Virus record (IMG/VR): IMGVR_UViG_3300020048_000002
Length of the DNA: 64,000 nucleotides
Direction: 5' to 3' (one strand)
Source of the DNA: a virus
Lineage: Duplodnaviria > Caudoviricetes
Position numbers and translations under genes: made by a program
Notes under the pieces: generated by a model
Told to the model about the DNA's origin: nothing
Databases searched by the model: none
What the model saw: only the letters and a program-made list of their open reading frames with translations
Shown: positions 1 through 9,300 of the stretch, piece after piece
Numbering within the stretch: position 1 is the stretch's first letter
How the letters are laid out: each line of letters begins with the position of its first letter

Positions 1-216
1 CAACGTGGGGGATCTTTGCCGAACGTCCGAGGGAGCACCGGCTCGATACATCGGTGGCGGGAAGGCGCTCTACATCTCGGCCATGTGCAACGACCTGTCT
101 GTGAGTGACGCCCGTCTAGCTCGGGGCAACGAAGGAGATTTCCCGTTGCCCACGGACGAAGAGGTTACTCAAAAGGCGCTCCGGTTTCCGGACTAGACCC
201 GGTGTACGATCGTTCC

Positions 217-630
217 GTGACGAGCGTAGAGGACAAGGTATTGCGGCTCCTAAACCTGGCCGTTCGCGGGGAGGGGGAGGAGAGCCGAACAGCGGCTTTG
301 GCGGCGGCGAAACTCATCGTCGCCAACAGGCTGATCCGATCCAAGGAGTCCGACCAGGAGATCCATGACGTCGCCCGATCCCTGTACCGGTCCTTCATGG
401 CCATCGCCTGGGAGAAGCGGAACGACCTCGACTACTTGCTGACGGTCCCCATGGTGGTAGAGGCAGGGCTCAACGCCAACCTGTTTCGCCCCGAAGACCG
501 GAAGCAGATCACTCGCATCGTGTCGAGACTCGTGCTCCAGGAACGGAAGAAGGGGGTGCTCCTCAGCACCCGTGGTCGCTACGGGGGGTATCGCATGGCC
601 TCCAGGGTGGTCCGAAGCCATGCCCGTTAG
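217..630 (+). CDS. hypothetical protein (possible C-terminal winged-helix)
   Basis: ORF 202-630; GTG at 217 lies 10 nt after a GGTGTA motif; C-terminal STRGRYGGY resembles an HTH wing. Confidence 0.6.
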   Translation: MTSVEDKVLRLLNLAVRGEGEESRTAALAAAKLIVANRLIRSKESDQEIHDVARSLYRSFMAIAWEKRNDLDYLLTVPMVVEAGLNANLFRPEDRKQITRIVSRLVLQERKKGVLLSTRGRYGGYRMASRVVRSHAR

Positions 631-976
631 TCGAGTCCGTAGGGTCGTGGACATGCTCCATGAGCTTTGGGGCCATGTCTACGGAACCGGGCACAGGGAA
701 GTGCTTTCGACACGCGACCCCGTGTCCGGTCGAGTCTCTATTTGTTGCGCCGATTGCGACTTCATCGACGAACAAAACGACAGCAACCGAGACCACACGT
801 TTGAGGTTTACATTGAAGCCTCTGACCTAGTCCTCGATGACCCTCTTTTCGGGCAGGGGGACACACAGCGTAAGCTCGCTAGGTGGCTTCAAACGATCAA
901 GAGCCCGGTAGACCAGCTTCAGGAACCTACCAAGAACGATTGGGATCTGCTTTTACGTCGAGCAAACTACGAGTAG
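620..976 (+). CDS. hypothetical protein with CxxC
   Basis: ATG at 620 overlaps the upstream gene end; CADC motif. Confidence 0.55.
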   Translation: MPVSRVRRVVDMLHELWGHVYGTGHREVLSTRDPVSGRVSICCADCDFIDEQNDSNRDHTFEVYIEASDLVLDDPLFGQGDTQRKLARWLQTIKSPVDQLQEPTKNDWDLLLRRANYE

Positions 977-984
977 GGAAAGAC

Positions 985-1359
985 ATGCACAAAGATTACA
1001 CGGCAGAGTTGGCGGCGGCGAAGCTCATCGTCGCCAACAAGATGACTCGGTCCAAGGAGTTCGACCAAGTCGGACCCTCCAACGATCCGAGACTCCTTCA
1101 GCAGCTAGTAGGGGAGACGATTCAAGGCACCCTTATCAGCAAGAGCGGGCACATCTACCTCATCTTGTCGAACGGGAGTGCCATCGTCTTTTCGGGTGCC
1201 TCCTACTGGAAGGAGTCTCCCACCGATGTCCGCAATGCGGTTGAGTCACGAAGGGCAGAGATCAAAGCGCACATCGACGCCCTCCAAGCCGTCACAAACG
1301 TCATGGATCACGTAGTGGGGCCTCTCTCCGACGCTCGGGACAACACCGATGCCCCGTGA
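985..1359 (+). CDS. hypothetical protein
   Basis: ATG at 985 after AGGGAAAG; the N-terminus duplicates 20 aa of the 217-630 protein. Confidence 0.55.
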   Translation: MHKDYTAELAAAKLIVANKMTRSKEFDQVGPSNDPRLLQQLVGETIQGTLISKSGHIYLILSNGSAIVFSGASYWKESPTDVRNAVESRRAEIKAHIDALQAVTNVMDHVVGPLSDARDNTDAP

Positions 1360-1573
1360 AGACCACATCGAGTTTGAGGGTACGGTCGAGGAAGCCGGAG
1401 GTGGCGGCAAGTTCCGTATCCGGCTCGACCTGAATAATGCCATTGTTCTGGCTCAGCTAAGCGGCAAGATGCGCCAGAACAAGATTCGAGTCATCCCCGG
1501 GGATCGTGTACGTGTGGCAGTAAGCCCCTACGACCCGACCCACGGGATCATCACGTTCCGAGCAAAGAGCTAA
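1349..1573 (+). CDS. infA: translation initiation factor IF-1
   Basis: 74 aa; IEFEGTVEE...LAQLSGKMRQNKIRVIPGDRVRVAVSPYDPTHGIITFR is the IF-1 signature. Confidence 0.95.
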   Translation: MPREDHIEFEGTVEEAGGGGKFRIRLDLNNAIVLAQLSGKMRQNKIRVIPGDRVRVAVSPYDPTHGIITFRAKS

Positions 1574-1575
1574 CC

Positions 1576-2475
1576 ATGCGTGTCGGCTGCGTCTCCCTTT
1601 GCACCCCCGGTTGGGCGGCCTCGGCTCATCGTGACTTGCTACCAGGGAGCCATGCGGTTGCCCTCGGCCCCTACACGGCTTGCATCGATGCTCGTCGAGT
1701 TGGCTTTGAGGTGCGGGACACAATCCTCGTTCTCTCGGCCGAAGGCCCCCGGTTCGCCTTCCTGCTCCGAAAGCCCTGTTCCGAAGCAACCGTAGCGGAG
1801 AACGTGTTGAAGCACGGAACGGGTGGGCTCAACATCAACGCTACCCGTGTTTCCCACGCTTCAGCTTCCGACTTCGAGAAGCACAAGGCGGGGGTCGAGG
1901 CCATCAAGGCCCGTGGGGGTCAGATGGAAGGCTCGTGGAAGAACTCCTCCGACCTCTCGGGAGCAAGCGAAGTGACCATGGCGGGCCGGTGGCCGAGTAA
2001 CCTCGTTTTGGTTCACGGGCCGGATTGCCAGAGGGAGGGGGTTCGATCCGCAGGGACGGGAGGGCGGAGAATTAACGAGAAAGAAGATTTTCAAGACGGG
2101 GTTCATGAAGGGTACAAACGAAAAAACCGTTCGATGTACACCCACAATATGGTAGGACAGTTACGCACGTACGGGCTCGAAACCATCGCCTCCTGGGCCT
2201 GCGAGCCCGGCTGTCCGGTTGCTGAGTTGGATGGGATGAGCGGACTGCTAAAGTCGGCCATCGGGCAAGCCGCCCAACAGATGACCAACAAGGCAACCGT
2301 CAACTTCAACGGGAAGGCCGTCTCAGAGCCAGGGAGAAATCAGTGGGGAGACTCAGGTGGGGCGTCCCGCTTCTTCCCCCAGTTCGAGTCCGAGGACGCC
2401 CTTCGAGCCTGGTTTGAGAGGCTGATCGGGCTAGACCCTCGCAAGCCGAAGGATGACCTGTCTGACCTCGGGTGA
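1576..2475 (+). CDS. degenerate phage DNA methyltransferase-like protein
   Basis: GFEVRDTI, RKP..EATVAENVLKHGTGGLNI, GRWPSNL and GGASRFF match phage N6/N4 MTases, but no DPPY or FxGxG motif is present. Confidence 0.65.
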   Translation: MRVGCVSLCTPGWAASAHRDLLPGSHAVALGPYTACIDARRVGFEVRDTILVLSAEGPRFAFLLRKPCSEATVAENVLKHGTGGLNINATRVSHASASDFEKHKAGVEAIKARGGQMEGSWKNSSDLSGASEVTMAGRWPSNLVLVHGPDCQREGVRSAGTGGRRINEKEDFQDGVHEGYKRKNRSMYTHNMVGQLRTYGLETIASWACEPGCPVAELDGMSGLLKSAIGQAAQQMTNKATVNFNGKAVSEPGRNQWGDSGGASRFFPQFESEDALRAWFERLIGLDPRKPKDDLSDLG

Positions 2476-2853
2476 CGGGATCGAGTACTGCCACTCCTGT
2501 GCCTGAGCATTGTGCTCGGCGACAATCGGGTTCTTGCCCTTGTGACGCCCCTTCATGCGTCGAGAGAAGGCACCCATCATCCCTGCGATGGAGTGCCCCT
2601 TGTCGTCCTTGTCCAACACCTCTCGGCTGATGGTCTCCCCCGAAACGGGGTTGCCCGAGTTCGAGGCAAGCAGGATAAGCGTGCGACGGATGTTGTCGGC
2701 GGACTCGTTCCAGAGCTTGCGAAGCTCCTTCTCGGTCCATGCGGCGGACTGATCCTTCGCTACTTCCTGCTGGACCAAGTGGTCCGAGATGTAGGCGAGA
2801 ACGGCGGGGACGAGAGCGGACGGAACGGGCACCTGAACGTACTGTGTAGCCAT
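2431..2853 (-). CDS. hypothetical DNA-binding protein (DUF6416-like, tentative)
   Basis: Strong RBS AGGAGG before ATG 2853; helical protein with a SIAGMMGAFSRR segment. Confidence 0.6.
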   Translation of the reverse strand: MATQYVQVPVPSALVPAVLAYISDHLVQQEVAKDQSAAWTEKELRKLWNESADNIRRTLILLASNSGNPVSGETISREVLDKDDKGHSIAGMMGAFSRRMKGRHKGKNPIVAEHNAQAQEWQYSIPSPEVRQVILRLARV

Positions 2854-2865
2854 GGCTTGACCTCC

Positions 2866-2917
2866 TAGTGATGATGATAAGCCATCATTAGCCAACTGTA
2901 CACCCGCATTAGCTAAC
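2866..2917 (-). promoter_or_regulatory. operator-like direct repeats flanking a GGTGTA motif
   Basis: CATTAGCCAAC (2886-2896) and CATTAGCTAAC (2907-2917) are 21 bp apart with TACACC between them; inverted repeat at 2866-2891. Confidence 0.45.
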
Positions 2918-3053
2918 TTTTCACCCGGGTCGTTCATTTTCTTCTCTTTGCGTATGGGGTGCTGGTCAAGCAATCAGTATCGCCCTGGTTGGAAGGGGTC
3001 GTAAATTTAGGGTCGTCTTTTGTCGTAGGTTCTTATGCAAGGACAAATGTAGG

Positions 3054-3248
3054 ATGGACAACACCAGTTTGACCGAAGCCGTTGAGGCACTTCTCTCGGG
3101 GATTATTGAAAACGCGGAAGCCGCTCGAACTCGTGCTCAAGCGGCTCGCGACGCAGAAGCACTGAAGGAAGTGCAGTTTCTCGTGCTCGGTATTCAGGCG
3201 TACGCAGCCCGACTCGACTACGCCCTACGTGGACGCTCAAAGACTTGA
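3054..3248 (+). CDS. hypothetical helical protein
   Basis: 64-aa ORF directly after a TCTTAT-N13-TAG motif. Confidence 0.55.
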   Translation: MDNTSLTEAVEALLSGIIENAEAARTRAQAARDAEALKEVQFLVLGIQAYAARLDYALRGRSKT

Positions 3249-3412
3249 CGGACGGACAGGAGAACATCCCTCTCTACGTCCGGTCTTGCCTGGTTGCGAG
3301 TCTCGATGAGGTCGGCGGCCAACCTCATCGCCTTGATGAGATTATCTCCCGGGAAGTCGTGTTTCTCCTCGAAGATAGCAGGGCCTCTCTGGATGCGAAG
3401 GGTGGTCTTCAT
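3218..3412 (-). CDS. hypothetical protein
   Basis: ATG 10 nt downstream of GGTGTA (3423-3428, minus). Confidence 0.55.
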   Translation of the reverse strand: MKTTLRIQRGPAIFEEKHDFPGDNLIKAMRLAADLIETRNQARPDVERDVLLSVRQVFERPRRA

Positions 3413-3438
3413 GCGGGAGACTTACACCGAGGGGCCTC

Positions 3439-3687
3439 TTGTTTCGAGGAAGATTTGTGAACCTCTGCGCTCTACTCCTTCTCTGCCCTACGACTCAGCC
3501 CCTTCCCTTCAAGACGTGGCTCCTGGAGGAAGAGGTGGTGTTCGGCTGGCCCCTGGTGGTGGAACACAGGCCAACGGGTGGTTACCGCTCGACCTTTGAT
3601 CTACAAACCAGCGTGCTCTTTCAGTTCGGAGACGAGTCCTTACCGGAGCTAAACGGTGGCAAAGTCGGTGTTCGATTTCGTTTCTAG
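3439..3687 (+). CDS. hypothetical secreted protein
   Basis: Hydrophobic N-terminus; beta-strand-like C-terminus ending GVRFRF. Confidence 0.35.
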   Translation: MFRGRFVNLCALLLLCPTTQPLPFKTWLLEEEVVFGWPLVVEHRPTGGYRSTFDLQTSVLFQFGDESLPELNGGKVGVRFRF

Positions 3688-3690
3688 CGG

Positions 3691-3720
3691 TTGATTTTGA
3701 TCCCTCGGGCGTCGTACTAG
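3691..3720 (+). promoter_or_regulatory. sigma70-like (early) promoter, TTGATT-N18-TACTAG
   Basis: The same architecture recurs at 7396, 17293 and 29666(-). Confidence 0.6.
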
Positions 3721-3724
3721 GGGC

Positions 3725-3946
3725 ATGAACATGGACCAAGCAGCGATCCGGATCATGCTCAACGCCACCCTGAGCCAGAAGGCGAAGCAGGCGGCGCTCA
3801 CCAAGCTCGCCCGCACCCTAAAGGATCGACTCAACAACCGGATCGAGTGTCCCGACTGTGGGGACATGGGGCCTCACCACGACAACGGAGCGGAGACGCT
3901 CTGCTGCCAAGCGTGCGGGATGCACTTTGACCTCAACCCAGTGTAA
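3725..3946 (+). CDS. small Zn-ribbon protein
   Basis: CPDC...CQAC; ATG 4 nt after the promoter -10. Confidence 0.65.
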   Translation: MNMDQAAIRIMLNATLSQKAKQAALTKLARTLKDRLNNRIECPDCGDMGPHHDNGAETLCCQACGMHFDLNPV

Positions 3947-3961
3947 GGTGTCCGGGCCGTC

Positions 3962-4207
3962 ATGAACGAGCCCACACCCCCGGACGGCCATCCTTCTTGG
4001 CCTACACGCTGTAGACCCTTGCTCTTGGCTCTTCGTCAGACGCCCATGTCCAACAAGGAGTTGGTCGTCTGGCGACGGTCCGCAAAAATCCGTTCGTTCA
4101 TGCTGATGCAGATGCTCGCATGGTGCGAAAACCGTCAGCTTGTGCGATACCGTGACCAGCGGTGGGAGTTGCGGAGCAACCTCATTCGTTGGCTCGATCA
4201 AAAATAA
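3962..4207 (+). CDS. hypothetical protein (wHTH-like)
   Basis: 81-aa ORF co-oriented with its neighbours; AGTGTA motif variant upstream. Confidence 0.5.
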   Translation: MNEPTPPDGHPSWPTRCRPLLLALRQTPMSNKELVVWRRSAKIRSFMLMQMLAWCENRQLVRYRDQRWELRSNLIRWLDQK

Positions 4208-4263
4208 CATCAGATTGCCGGTTGGCCCTCGCTACCGGTGTAAGAAAGGGGTCGGAGTGACCC

Positions 4264-6570
4264 ATGTCTAACAATACCAGCAGCAAGATCGGAAAAGACC
4301 TCTACCTCGTCGGCCAAACGCTCGACGCCAAGCCCGCCACCACCGAGGTAGCGAGCCCCACGAACCACGTCGTCGTCATCGATTGCTCGGGATCGATGTA
4401 CGGAGCCCTGCCCGAGATCCGGACCCAGCTCAAGAAGAAGCTCCCGAAGCTCCTCGCCGAACAGGACACGCTCAGCATCGTGTGGTTCAGCGGGAAGGGT
4501 CAGTTCGGCACGCTCATCGAGAACGAGCCTGTCTCGACGCTCGCGGACCTCAAGGACGTGGAAAAGGCCATCGACCGCTGGCTCAAGCCGGTGGGCCTCA
4601 CGGGGTTCAAGGAGCCCTTGTTGGAGGTCGAGAAGCTCGTCGGACGTGTCTCAAAGGCTCGTCCCGGCTCCGTGTTCAGCCTGTTCTTCATGAGCGATGG
4701 CCAAGATAACCAGTGGCCGAAGGCGGACATCATCAAGGCCGTCGAGTCCGTCGCTGGCCACCTCGCCGCTGCGACGTTCGTGGAGTACGGCTATTACGCC
4801 GATCGCCCCCTCCTCACCCAGATGGCCGAGAAGGCTGGTGGTTCTCTCATTTTCGCAGAAGACTTCGACAGCTACCAACCGGCCTTCGAGGCTGCCATGG
4901 CCAAGAAGATCATGGGCGGCAAGCGAGTCGAGGTCGAGATCAACGGGGACCCCATCGGGGGATTCGTCTACTCCCTGGTGGACGGCGACATCGTGACCTT
5001 CTCGGTCAACGGGGGCAAGGTACTCGTCCCCGAAGGGCTCACGAAGCTCTGGTACGTCTCGCCGTCGAGTGCTGGCACCGTGGGGGACACCACCCCCGAG
5101 GTGACGGCTGCCTCGTACGCGGCGATGTCCCTCTACTCGACTCGCATGAAGTCGGACGTGATTCTGCCCTTCCTCAAGCTGACGGGCGACGTGGCCTTCA
5201 TCGAACAGTTCGCGGGCCTCTTTGGCAAGCAGGCTTACTCGACCTTCATGGACTCCGCCAAGGCTGCGGCGTTCGACCCGACGAAGCGACTCACCAAGGG
5301 CTACGACCCGAACAAGGTGCCCCGTGAGGACGCCTACACCGTGCTCGACTTCCTCCGTGCCCTGACGGAGGACGACGGTAACCGGGTTCTCCTCGATCAT
5401 GAGGCGTTCAAGTACAACCGCATTGGTCGTGGTCGTGTGGACGCTTCTCAGGTGCTCACGGACGAGGAGCAAGAGCAGGTCAACAAGCTCACCGAGGAGA
5501 TGGGCAAGACCAAGGACGCCAAGAAGGTGGCTGCCCTGGCTTCACAGATTGCCGACATCACGAACAAGCCCGAGGCGCTCAAGTTCGTAGGCAAGGCCAG
5601 CCCAGAGGGTTACGCTGTCAGCACGCTGACCTACAACGAGGATCGCCCGAACATCAGCGTTTTGGTCAAGAAGCCCGGTACCGTGGACCTCACGGGTCGC
5701 AACGCACCCAGCGGTATTCCGACGAACTTCGAGTCGTTCGTCTACCGCAACTACGCCATCGTGAAGGACGGCCTCGTCAACGTGAAGGTCCTTCCGTGCA
5801 AGCTCACCATGGCGACGGTGGGCAAGCTCCGAGATGCCGTTACCTCGGGACGGGTCGACCCCAACGCCTTCGAGTTCTACGACGACGGTACAATCTTCGC
5901 CAACCTCGACAAGATGCCGGTCATCAACCGACAAATGATCAAGGCGGTGTCGGCCAAGACCTTCTTCGAGAAGCAGTACACGCTCACGAAGGTTCAGGCC
6001 GAGGCCAAGGTCTACAACACGATCAAGAAGGAGCAGTTCCCCCGCAAGAGCGAGGGCTTTGCGTCCCTCTACGGCGACGATGCCGCAACCTGGCTGAAGG
6101 AGCAGGGGTTCACAGACTACTCGGGCTTCAACCCGAAGTCCGTCCAGGCAGAGTCCACGGACTTCTACATGGGCAAGGAGCTGAAGGTGAGCCTCAAGGG
6201 CCTCTCCAGCCTCCCGACCCTCAAGGTCGCCAGAGAGAACATCGCCAAGAACAAGGTCAACGCTCCAACGGCCCTCATGCGTAAGGCCATCGAGGCAGTC
6301 GATGCCTACATGGCTTCGGACGCCTACAAGTCGGCGGCAGACCAAGCCAAGGCGTTCGAGGCGTGGATTGACGCTCAGGTGAAGGCTTCGACCGAGCAAA
6401 GCCGAACCCTCCTCCGAGAGATCGCCGAGACGACGTTCACGATCATCGTGGGCCAAATCTGGCCCATCGAGTTCGCAAGCCTCGACGAGACGAAGTTGAC
6501 AATCACGGTCGCGGGGGGTACGTCGGTGGAGTGCGAAATGACGCTCCGCGAGGTCGAGATTCGGATCTGA
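4264..6570 (+). CDS. vWA domain-containing protein
   Basis: N-terminal MIDAS VVVIDCSGSM...T...FMSDG; 768 aa with strong codon bias. Confidence 0.85.
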   Translation: MSNNTSSKIGKDLYLVGQTLDAKPATTEVASPTNHVVVIDCSGSMYGALPEIRTQLKKKLPKLLAEQDTLSIVWFSGKGQFGTLIENEPVSTLADLKDVEKAIDRWLKPVGLTGFKEPLLEVEKLVGRVSKARPGSVFSLFFMSDGQDNQWPKADIIKAVESVAGHLAAATFVEYGYYADRPLLTQMAEKAGGSLIFAEDFDSYQPAFEAAMAKKIMGGKRVEVEINGDPIGGFVYSLVDGDIVTFSVNGGKVLVPEGLTKLWYVSPSSAGTVGDTTPEVTAASYAAMSLYSTRMKSDVILPFLKLTGDVAFIEQFAGLFGKQAYSTFMDSAKAAAFDPTKRLTKGYDPNKVPREDAYTVLDFLRALTEDDGNRVLLDHEAFKYNRIGRGRVDASQVLTDEEQEQVNKLTEEMGKTKDAKKVAALASQIADITNKPEALKFVGKASPEGYAVSTLTYNEDRPNISVLVKKPGTVDLTGRNAPSGIPTNFESFVYRNYAIVKDGLVNVKVLPCKLTMATVGKLRDAVTSGRVDPNAFEFYDDGTIFANLDKMPVINRQMIKAVSAKTFFEKQYTLTKVQAEAKVYNTIKKEQFPRKSEGFASLYGDDAATWLKEQGFTDYSGFNPKSVQAESTDFYMGKELKVSLKGLSSLPTLKVARENIAKNKVNAPTALMRKAIEAVDAYMASDAYKSAADQAKAFEAWIDAQVKASTEQSRTLLREIAETTFTIIVGQIWPIEFASLDETKLTITVAGGTSVECEMTLREVEIRI

Positions 6571-7316
6571 AGCCGTGGTTCATCTACATACCGCACGACC
6601 CTCGTGAACCGGGGGTCGTGCGGTATGTAGGTTGGACGACGAACCCGAAGAAGCGGCTAGCTTTACACCTCAAGCAAGCTACACGCGGCTACGATACTAC
6701 CCGGTGCGGGAACTGGAAGCGGAGCCTGCTCCGTGAGGGGGTTACTCCGACCCTAACTGTCGTGGAAGAGGGCGAGGGTCCGGGGTGGGCGGCGGCTGAA
6801 GTGCGGTGGGTGGCTCACTGCCGCGCCCTAAGCGGGGAACTCCTGACGAACTTGACCGAGGGCGGAGAGGGAGCCCTCGGAGTGACGCGCTCCCCGGAGA
6901 CTCGTGCCAAAATGGGTGCGGCTAGTAGGGGCCGAAAACACTCTGAAGAGGTCAAGGCTCTTTTACGCGCCCAACGACTCGGCTCGAAGGCGGCTGACGA
7001 AGTTCGCGCGAGAATGAGTGTGGCACATCAAGGCAAGACCAAGACCCCCGACGTGATCGAAAAGTCCGCCGCCTTCTGGCGAGGGCGTAAGCACTCGGAT
7101 GCAACCAAGGAGAAGATTCGCGCTTCTCACGGAAGTTCGAGAGAGGTCGCCAAACCTAAGCGTTCGGAGAAGTCTCGATCCAAGACTAGCGCCTCACTCA
7201 AAGAGCACTATGCAAATCAAGGCGGGGGGCGAAAGATGTCCGAGGAGGCCAAGGAGAAGATCCGTCAAGCGGTCAAAGCGTACCGTGCGAGGGTGAAATC
7301 TGTAGCCTCGGATTGA
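6531..7316 (+). CDS. free-standing GIY-YIG-like homing endonuclease with NUMOD3 repeats
   Basis: IYIPHDPR...RYVGWT...R..H, LTNLTEGGEG, repeated GRKHSEE/SPETRAKM motifs; start uncertain. Confidence 0.8.
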   Translation: MRNDAPRGRDSDLKPWFIYIPHDPREPGVVRYVGWTTNPKKRLALHLKQATRGYDTTRCGNWKRSLLREGVTPTLTVVEEGEGPGWAAAEVRWVAHCRALSGELLTNLTEGGEGALGVTRSPETRAKMGAASRGRKHSEEVKALLRAQRLGSKAADEVRARMSVAHQGKTKTPDVIEKSAAFWRGRKHSDATKEKIRASHGSSREVAKPKRSEKSRSKTSASLKEHYANQGGGRKMSEEAKEKIRQAVKAYRARVKSVASD

Positions 7317-7348
7317 CTCCCGAGCCGAGTCCAAACGGACATGGCTCG

Positions 7349-7390
7349 CGGAGGGCGGCCCCCATCGATGGGGGCCGCCCTCCGTCGTTT
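7349..7390 (+). terminator. GC-rich hairpin (perfect 36-bp palindrome), probable terminator
   Basis: CGGAGGGCGGCCCCCATC/GATGGGGGCCGCCCTCCG followed by TCGTTT. Confidence 0.6.
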
Positions 7391-7395
7391 GTGCG

Positions 7396-7425
7396 TTGAT
7401 CCTCGAAGCTCTTACCTCGTAGAGA
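7396..7425 (+). promoter_or_regulatory. early-class promoter TTGATC-N18-TAGAGA
   Basis: Same spacing as 3691; ATG 4 nt downstream. Confidence 0.5.
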
Positions 7426-7429
7426 AGCC

Positions 7430-7618
7430 ATGACCTTCTGCCCCTGCTACTTCTGCGCCAACACCCTCCCCATCGACACGGCGGTCAATGCCGGGTGGAT
7501 CCCCTACTTCTACAACGCCAAGGGGCGTGAGATTGACAGCTCATGTCCCGAGTGTGCAGCAAGCAGGCTGCGAATCGATGAGCACGGGGAGTTCGAGATG
7601 ATCCCCGTGGCGGTGTAA
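7430..7618 (+). CDS. small Cys-rich hypothetical protein
   Basis: CYFC...GWIPYF...CPEC. Confidence 0.6.
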   Translation: MTFCPCYFCANTLPIDTAVNAGWIPYFYNAKGREIDSSCPECAASRLRIDEHGEFEMIPVAV

Positions 7619-7628
7619 GAGAATCCCC

Positions 7629-9287
7629 ATGAGTCGTTGGTGGATTTTGGGGGCAACGTTGACCGTCGCCTCTCTCGGAGTAGGGGGTTATGTATCGGCC
7701 CCTCATATTCTACGGTCTCAGGTGAGCAAACGGCTTCCGCCCGATGTTCACTTTCGAGACGTCGTGGTGACGTGGGATCAAGTCACCTTGCACGGGGTGA
7801 CGTTTGATCGTGGTTGGGTTCGAGGGTCTCTCGATACCGTCACGTCGAACCACGAAGGGACTCGCATCATTGTGAGCGGCGGGGAAGTGTCGGTTGACCT
7901 CGACCTCAAGCCCCAGGACGGTCAACCTAGCGGCGAAGGGTCCAAACGGACCGTGGACGCTAGCGGGCTTTCGCTCACCGTGAAGAAAGGCTCGTATACA
8001 GCCAACATCGAGGAGGCGTACACACAAGGGTCCAAGGTGTGTTTCGCTCACGGGGCGCTACAGAGCCCCGTCGTCACGGTGGAAAAAGGGTGTGTCGAAC
8101 GGAACGGCTCCAAGGTAGACCTGGAAAAGGTCGTAGCTCCCGACGTCACCTTCCAAGGGCTCGTCACGGGTCCGATTGTAGCCACAGGGGTTGTCCTAGA
8201 ACCCAAGACGAAACACGTCACGGCCAAAAAGGTCGAGACGGAAGTTACCTTTGAGGGGCAGTCCTTCCCGGTTGAAGCTACGGGAGTCGACGCACAGAAG
8301 GGGGAGAAAGAGGCTGTCAGCGCCTCAAGCATCCGGACCAAACACGCCTGGCTTGCCCCCGACTGGACGACCCTCGAAGACGTCAAGGTTACGCGGAGCG
8401 ACAAGTGGGAAGTCCAGGTCGGGAAGTCTCACATGACAGTCGATCCCGAGTCCCTCACTTTCGAGGGGTCGGAGTCGTGTGCAACGTGGATTGAGTCCTT
8501 ACCGAAAGATCTCCGGTCGTCTCCGCTTGATCGTCTAGAGATGACAGGGGACGCAAGTTTCAAGATCCAGTTGCGTCCGAAGTCCAGCTTCTCGCTGAAG
8601 GCGACCTGCAAAGCCGCATGTAAGAGCCTTCCCGATCTGCGTAAGCCTTTCACGTACACGGCATACACGTCGAAGCAGAAACCGTTTTCCCGTGTCAGCG
8701 GAAGACTAACGAAGGAGTGGGTCCCTCTTGGGCTCATGGGCGACATGCCGATGGCCGTCGTGAACATGGAGGACCCGGGGTTCCAGAAACATCGGGGGTT
8801 CATTGCTCAGGCGTTCGCCAATAGCCTCACAGACAACCTAAAGCAGGGGCGTTTCGTCCGTGGGGGCTCGACCCTCACGATGCAGCTAGCCAAGAATCTC
8901 TGGCTCAACCGGGAAAAGACGTTGGGCCGGAAAGCGCAAGAGTTCTTCCTCGCTCAAGCCTTGGAGTCTTGCTACCAAAAGGACGAGATCCTTGAACTCT
9001 ACTTGAACGTCGTCGAGTTTGGTCCCGATGTGTACGGGGCGGCAGCAGGAGCCCAGCACTGGTTCAAGAAGGCTCCCATGGAGCTTGAGCCCGAAGAAGC
9101 CTTCTGGCTAGCGAGCATCCTCCCCCGACCCAGTAGGACAGCCCCTCCGAGCGATGCCTCGTTGGACCGGATTCGGAAGCTCATGAAGAAGCTGTCCGAC
9201 GATGGGCGCATCCCCGATTTGATCGGGGAGAGCACCGAGGACGAGACGGTGCCCGAGGACAACACTGGATGGGAAGCAAATCAATGA
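7629..9287 (+). CDS. membrane-anchored monofunctional peptidoglycan transglycosylase (GT51, MtgA-like)
   Basis: N-terminal TM; EDPGFQKHRG, RGGSTLTMQLAKNL, RKAQE, KDEILELYLN, YGAAAGAQHWF. Confidence 0.9.
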   Translation: MSRWWILGATLTVASLGVGGYVSAPHILRSQVSKRLPPDVHFRDVVVTWDQVTLHGVTFDRGWVRGSLDTVTSNHEGTRIIVSGGEVSVDLDLKPQDGQPSGEGSKRTVDASGLSLTVKKGSYTANIEEAYTQGSKVCFAHGALQSPVVTVEKGCVERNGSKVDLEKVVAPDVTFQGLVTGPIVATGVVLEPKTKHVTAKKVETEVTFEGQSFPVEATGVDAQKGEKEAVSASSIRTKHAWLAPDWTTLEDVKVTRSDKWEVQVGKSHMTVDPESLTFEGSESCATWIESLPKDLRSSPLDRLEMTGDASFKIQLRPKSSFSLKATCKAACKSLPDLRKPFTYTAYTSKQKPFSRVSGRLTKEWVPLGLMGDMPMAVVNMEDPGFQKHRGFIAQAFANSLTDNLKQGRFVRGGSTLTMQLAKNLWLNREKTLGRKAQEFFLAQALESCYQKDEILELYLNVVEFGPDVYGAAAGAQHWFKKAPMELEPEEAFWLASILPRPSRTAPPSDASLDRIRKLMKKLSDDGRIPDLIGESTEDETVPEDNTGWEANQ

Positions 9288-9300
9288 AGGGCGGTAACCG

